From a virus (Duplodnaviria > Caudoviricetes): DNA of 51,268 nucleotides. The DNA is taken from positions 1-51,268 of IMG/VR virus record IMGVR_UViG_3300022751_000238. One strand, written 5' to 3'. Below are positions 46,728-51,268 of the stretch, piece by piece (the stretch's first letter is position 1; each line of letters opens with the position of its first letter). Both the position numbers and the translations under genes were made by a program. A model generated the notes under the pieces. That model saw only the letters and a program-made list of their open reading frames with translations. It made no database searches and was not told the origin of the DNA.

Positions 46728-48204
46728 ATTAATTCAGGAAATTGAGGTCAATGACAAGCAAGCCGATTTCATCGAAGGCATTTTCTATGGTCTGACTGCC
46801 GAAGGAACCAAAACAGCAACCATGATCGGTGGTATAGGTTCTGGGAAATCTTTTGCAATGGCGCTTTTAATGTTGGTCAGCAAAGAAGAACTTCCAAAGG
46901 CAAAAGGTCAATTTGCCTGCGCAACAAAAACCCAATTTCAAAGGGCGATTTTCCCGGGTATTAAATCTGTATGGGCTGAAAACTTTGGGATCAGAGAATA
47001 CAATTTCAAAACCGGACAAGGTGATTATGCGCTTTGGCGTAAACCGCCAGACGATTGGGAAAAGCCTTGGCAGGAACCTGACAACTGGGAAAATTGCATC
47101 ACTTTTCCCAACGGTTGGGTTATTGAGGTCTGCGGATACAAAATGCTTTCTGATCTGCATCGAGGAAGAAATGACGATTTCGCATTTATGGATGAAGCTT
47201 TGATCTTTAAACGTGAATGGCTGAAAATTCTGGAAGGTCGTATCCGTGCCAACAAAGGTAAATTCGATTCACCGATGCACTGGCTTGTTTCCATTTTCTC
47301 TTCACCACCCTACGGCTCCGGAGGGGATTGGATGTTTGATACGGAAGAGCTTATGCGCGAAGAACCGGATCGCTATCTGTTTATGCAGATTACCACCAAA
47401 GACAACCTTATGTTTTTGCCGGGCAATTATGTAGCCAACTTAAAAAAGAAGCTCACCAAATTAGAGTACGGCGTGGAAGTGGATGGTAAACGGCTGAGCA
47501 AGATGCCCAAATCATTCTATTCAGCATTGGATGACAGGCACACCGAGATCGATGAAGAAACCTTCTATGATCCCAACCACCCACTGGTCACGGTGGTCGA
47601 CTTCAACGCCCATTTCACCAGCTGCGGCAACTGGCAGAACTTTGGTAAGGGCAATCATTGTGTGAAAGGAATCTTTGTTCATGAACCAGAGCCAGATATG
47701 GACATGAGCCAAACCCTTGCCCATGAGGTAGTGGAAAGGTTTATAAACCATCGTAACAAAACAATCTACATCACCGGTGACCGCAATGGTCTAAATGCCA
47801 GTGCCAGTAGTAAGAAGAACCCTGATGGTACATGGATCACCTTGTTCGATGAGTATGCTCAGGTCTTCATTGATGCAGGATGGACAGTGATACTGTGCCC
47901 GCTTACCTATAACCCATTGAAGGATGAGATACATGCACTGATGCAGAGCATCCTGTCTGAGACAAGGGAGGATGGAGTATATGCCCGCTTCCATCCTACC
48001 GAGGCGAAGAGCGTCACAGTTAGTATGCAGCGTGCACCCATCACCGCTGACTATAAGAAGGACAAGAGGAGCGAGAACAAGAAGGGTGAAGACCAAGAGT
48101 ATGCGACCCACCTAAGTGATACGACCGACTACTACTTCGCCTGGCTGCTGCAAGGTGGACTGATGAACGGAGGAGACACCAGCTTCGATATTGAGTTCCA
48201 TTGA
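46711..48204 (+). CDS. terL: terminase large subunit
   Basis: Walker A GGIGSGKS, Walker B FAFMDEA, nuclease acidic motifs VVDFN, ITGD, HLSDTTDY. Confidence 0.92.
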   Translation: MKSGIELIQEIEVNDKQADFIEGIFYGLTAEGTKTATMIGGIGSGKSFAMALLMLVSKEELPKAKGQFACATKTQFQRAIFPGIKSVWAENFGIREYNFKTGQGDYALWRKPPDDWEKPWQEPDNWENCITFPNGWVIEVCGYKMLSDLHRGRNDDFAFMDEALIFKREWLKILEGRIRANKGKFDSPMHWLVSIFSSPPYGSGGDWMFDTEELMREEPDRYLFMQITTKDNLMFLPGNYVANLKKKLTKLEYGVEVDGKRLSKMPKSFYSALDDRHTEIDEETFYDPNHPLVTVVDFNAHFTSCGNWQNFGKGNHCVKGIFVHEPEPDMDMSQTLAHEVVERFINHRNKTIYITGDRNGLNASASSKKNPDGTWITLFDEYAQVFIDAGWTVILCPLTYNPLKDEIHALMQSILSETREDGVYARFHPTEAKSVTVSMQRAPITADYKKDKRSENKKGEDQEYATHLSDTTDYYFAWLLQGGLMNGGDTSFDIEFH

Positions 48205-48246
48205 AAGACCCCCGTCCCCCCCCTACCCCATATCGAAAAATGCCCC

Positions 48247-48282
48247 GCCCCCCTCAAGGTCTGCCCTCGAGGGGGGCTTTCA
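48247..48282 (+). terminator. GC-rich hairpin after terL
   Basis: gcccccctc-N13-gaggggggc followed by tttc. Confidence 0.5.
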
Positions 48283-48472
48283 TATATTCGGAAAATTTTT
48301 TTTTGGAAATTTCCAAAATGTCAAAGGGCGGGCTTGATCTGCCGACTTTTCACCTAAAAAAACAGATTTAAATTTTTTGTGATTGATTTTCAGCCGGTTG
48401 GCTCTGGATGTTGCAAGGAAAAGGTGCAACTTTTTATAAAGATACAAAATTCTATTGATATACAGCCATTTA

Positions 48473-48507
48473 GTCCTTTCTGATGCGTCCAAATCGCACT
48501 CTTTTTG
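48473..48507 (+). promoter_or_regulatory. late promoter copy 7
   Basis: GTCCTTT-N21-CTTTTTG. Confidence 0.65.
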
Positions 48508-48526
48508 TCAAAAAACAATTAGAGAC

Positions 48527-48982
48527 ATGAAGACAATCAAAAAAACTTGGGATGAGATTACCAATGCATTTTGGAAAACACTTGTAAAACTGCTGGACGC
48601 AGTTGAAAGAATTAACTGGGACGTCGTGGGCGGGAGCCTTATTATTTCCGTGCTGATTTTTTTTGCCGCTGACGTCATAGCGGGAAAAACAGTTCGAACT
48701 AATGGGGTCGTGGTCGACAAAGTTTACACACCTGAACGAGACTACATGTCACTCGAGACAAGAACCGATGGCAACGGAAAAGTTTATCAAGAACTCGTTC
48801 ACCATCATGATCCGCCACAGTGGAAATTTATCGTACAGGACAATTCAGCAGATATTGTAAATGTCTGGTGCTCCCGTTCAAATTATAATAGAACGCCGAT
48901 CGGAACCCAGATTCCAATTCTGATAAGGTATGGTAAATGGACTCATTGGGTATTTCTACGGTATACACTTGAATACCACTAG
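48527..48982 (+). CDS. single-TM protein with OB-fold-like soluble domain
   Basis: One TM segment then 'GVVVDK.Y.P' beta domain; ATG 48527 follows promoter 7. Confidence 0.6.
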   Translation: MKTIKKTWDEITNAFWKTLVKLLDAVERINWDVVGGSLIISVLIFFAADVIAGKTVRTNGVVVDKVYTPERDYMSLETRTDGNGKVYQELVHHHDPPQWKFIVQDNSADIVNVWCSRSNYNRTPIGTQIPILIRYGKWTHWVFLRYTLEYH

Positions 48983-49052
48983 ACCAGAATTCTTTCGTAT
49001 GAAAAAGAAAGCAATAAAGCTCTATATTTACGCTTCTGAAAAATTAAGAAGT

Positions 49053-49439
49053 ATGACAAATTGGAATGAAATATTAGAACATGCATCGAGCCAGGGTTAT
49101 AGATCCAATATTGTGAAACCACTGTTCGGGATGTCAATAGTTCTATTTCTAGCGTCGGCACTTTTCCTCTTTCTTGGGTCAAATCTATTGGCCTATGTTT
49201 CTTTTGGAATGGCAGGATTAACATTTATAACCTTCCTGATTAGTTATTTCTACTGTTTATTTAAAAATCCGGATCTCCTTCGTTCTGAAAAATATAACTT
49301 AGAAAAAACTGCTATTGAAAAAGTAAGCTTGTCCGGTGATAGTTTAACAAAAGGAAAACTTCTGCCACCGAATATGGATTATGTCAAGGTCGAATCAACG
49401 ATACAGACTAGAAATGAAATTAAGAATTTAGAAGAATGA
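49053..49439 (+). CDS. 2-TM accessory protein
   Basis: 'RSNIVKPL'-TM-TM-'KNPDLLRSE'; AT-rich; ATGA-coupled to the next gene. Confidence 0.7.
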   Translation: MTNWNEILEHASSQGYRSNIVKPLFGMSIVLFLASALFLFLGSNLLAYVSFGMAGLTFITFLISYFYCLFKNPDLLRSEKYNLEKTAIEKVSLSGDSLTKGKLLPPNMDYVKVESTIQTRNEIKNLEE

Positions 49440-49786
49440 AAACGTATTTGATAATTTTAAGTGATATTCCAACAAATGACTCTGATGCGAAATTTGGTAG
49501 TTTTATTGAAAAATATAAACTGGAATATTGGAGATATACAGCATTGAACTGGATAATTTTAACGCCCGATGATATTATTTCGACAGTAATCCTATCTGAA
49601 ATTGTGGAAGCTTATGGACCAATTTTCTCATGTGTTTTGGACATCAAGATTAACGATGCATTTGGGATTCTTCCTACAACTATGTCGCAGTTAGAGAGTT
49701 CGAATCCATTTAACTGGTTTGAAATTGTGCAAGGTCCGAAATTTATTCCGAGGTGGCTTCGAGAGCCTATTGCAGAGAGTAAATGA
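49436..49786 (+). CDS. small alpha/beta protein, possibly Cas2/VapD-like ferredoxin fold
   Basis: 'MKTYLIILSD...YWRY...WII.T' beta-alpha-beta-beta-alpha-beta pattern. Confidence 0.5.
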   Translation: MKTYLIILSDIPTNDSDAKFGSFIEKYKLEYWRYTALNWIILTPDDIISTVILSEIVEAYGPIFSCVLDIKINDAFGILPTTMSQLESSNPFNWFEIVQGPKFIPRWLREPIAESK

Positions 49787-49795
49787 TTTTATCTA

Positions 49796-50101
49796 TCAAA
49801 AAACTTTTGAATTAATAACATTCGCAATTACCCAATGCTTCATCTTATTGGCTAGGTAGGTCTTTTGTCTGGATTCTTCCGGAGACTCCAAATAACGTTT
49901 ATGTTCAACAATAAACGCGCGGTCAATGATAAGAAATTCTTTATCTGCATTATCAGCCATGTATTGATCTCTTTCTTCCAAAGAATCAAAGCGTTTAATT
50001 TCGGCGATAAATGATGGCTCCTGAGTGTGTACTATATAAGCAGCTCCTGGCGAAGCTGCTTCATTCTTTGCAATTAAAAACTTAGGTACATTCTTCTTCA
50101 T
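49796..50101 (-). CDS. hypothetical protein
   Basis: 'PKFLIA.N...YIVHT..P.FI' pattern; ATG 50101 overlaps the upstream gene end. Confidence 0.65.
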   Translation of the reverse strand: MKKNVPKFLIAKNEAASPGAAYIVHTQEPSFIAEIKRFDSLEERDQYMADNADKEFLIIDRAFIVEHKRYLESPEESRQKTYLANKMKHWVIANVINSKVF

Positions 50102-50336
50102 CGATCCTCGATCTGGCGTATAAAATAAAGCTGACTTTATCGCGAGGATCGATTGGAGATTGAATAATATAAAGCTCTCTGAAACCATTATATTCTACCA
50201 AATAATGCGGTATGAACAATGACTCCCTGATGTAAGCAGGTACATTTCTTTTCTTCCAACGCTCACCTTTGGTAGCGATAGAGGCAAAGTGCTTACTCCC
50301 AAGCTCCTTGCCGGATTTGATAGCATTTTCTTCCAT
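50082..50336 (-). CDS. hypothetical protein
   Basis: Preceded on the minus strand by the exact -7 box TATATTTG (50384-50377). Confidence 0.6.
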   Translation of the reverse strand: MEENAIKSGKELGSKHFASIATKGERWKKRNVPAYIRESLFIPHYLVEYNGFRELYIIQSPIDPRDKVSFILYARSRIDEEECT

Positions 50337-50407
50337 GATTTTCTGTCGTTTTTTAGTTGCTGAGCCTGCAACGTTTCAAATATAAGTCATTTTTTTGACG
50401 CTTTTGC

Positions 50408-50442
50408 GTCCTTTTTTTGACGCTCGGATTTCCCTCCTTTTG
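50408..50442 (+). promoter_or_regulatory. late promoter copy 8
   Basis: GTCCTTT-N21-CCTTTTG. Confidence 0.7.
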
Positions 50443-50464
50443 CTGGCTAACCAATTAATTAGCC

Positions 50465-51268
50465 ATGAAAACTGAAATTCATTTAAAAACTCCAATCGGA
50501 TATTACGGAGGAAAACAGAAAATGTTACCTCATATTCTGCCGAAAATCCCTGAGCACAAATCCTACATAGAGCCATTTTTCGGAGGTGGAGCCGTCTTCT
50601 TCGGAAAGAAGCCCAGCAAATTCGAAGTTGTAAACGACATAAACCATCGTTTAATAACCTTCTACAAAGTCTTAAAATATGATTTTGATGAAATTCAGAA
50701 CCTCATTGACGAGACTTTTCACTCGCGAGCGCAACATAAGGAATCCGATTTGCTTTACATTTCACAAATGGATTTGGTATCTAACCCGGTCGGCTGCGCC
50801 TGGGCAGTGTGGACACAAACAAATATGGGCTTCTCAAAGATGATGGGCAAAGGTTTCGGCTACGATCGCAAAGGCTCAGCTGCTCTCAGCAATTTTAATC
50901 GAAAGAACAATTTTACTATTCAACTTAAGGATCGTTTTAAACGAGTAACAATTGAAAGCTACGACGTACTAAAGGTTATTAAAGCATACGACAGCCCTGA
51001 CGCTTTTTTTTATCTCGATCCGCCTTACGTAAGCTCTGATCAGGGACACTACGCTGGCTACACACTAGATAATTTCAGGCAGTTACTTGATGCCTGTGTA
51101 AATATGAAAGGTAAATTTTTACTCAGCAGTTATCCGGAGCAGATCCTTTTAGAATACAGGGAAAAATATGTCTGGAAGTGCGAGGATCACCAGAAGAAGT
51201 TAGCCGTTGATGGTAGAAGAAAGGGAGCCAGGACAAAAACAGAATGCTTAACCTGGAATTACTCATAA
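50465..51268 (+). CDS. D12-class DNA adenine methyltransferase
   Basis: PIGYYGGKQ, EPFFGGG, VVND, LDPPY, ECLTWNY. Confidence 0.9.
   Translation: MKTEIHLKTPIGYYGGKQKMLPHILPKIPEHKSYIEPFFGGGAVFFGKKPSKFEVVNDINHRLITFYKVLKYDFDEIQNLIDETFHSRAQHKESDLLYISQMDLVSNPVGCAWAVWTQTNMGFSKMMGKGFGYDRKGSAALSNFNRKNNFTIQLKDRFKRVTIESYDVLKVIKAYDSPDAFFYLDPPYVSSDQGHYAGYTLDNFRQLLDACVNMKGKFLLSSYPEQILLEYREKYVWKCEDHQKKLAVDGRRKGARTKTECLTWNYS

Larger units (their letters stand above)
7581..51268. mobile_element. prophage (siphovirus-like), right end beyond the window
   Basis: att fragment, repressor/Cro, replication protein, portal, holin/endolysin, tape measure, S49 protease, capsid and terminase genes; no tail sheath gene recognised. 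Confidence 0.95.

Overview
The window has two parts. Bases 1-~7500 are host DNA of a Bacteroidota (Cytophagales-like) genome: two T9SS cargo genes (L-domain/LRR repeats; four GEVED repeats) and a decayed AAA-ATPase fragment. From ~7580 to the window end lies a siphovirus-type prophage whose left end is a displaced tRNA-Ser-like 3' fragment. The integrase and intact tRNA are not in the window and should lie to the right. The prophage has an immunity/replication early region with a degenerate tRNA-like gene and several tiny membrane ORFs, two N6-adenine methyltransferases, and an unusually ordered late region (portal, lysis, tail, tape measure, tail fibre, head, terminase). The strongest unexplained structure is regulatory. 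Eight copies of a fixed-spacing motif (GTCCTTY at +0, a Bacteroidota -7-like box at +28/29) precede late genes, and six of them overlap a hairpin that would bury the start codon only in read-through transcripts. AT-rich accessory cassettes (HEPN + NDT-like, beta-helix/membrane protein, HNH-like, 2TM + small alpha/beta protein) sit just upstream of these promoters. Other signals are a likely -1 frameshift at an A9 run, a ~400-nt stretch of terL with no AAA/TTT followed by C-tracts (candidate packaging site), a lipobox-less spanin-like pair and a hydrophobic leader on the major tail protein. All family calls are by eye; no database searches were run.
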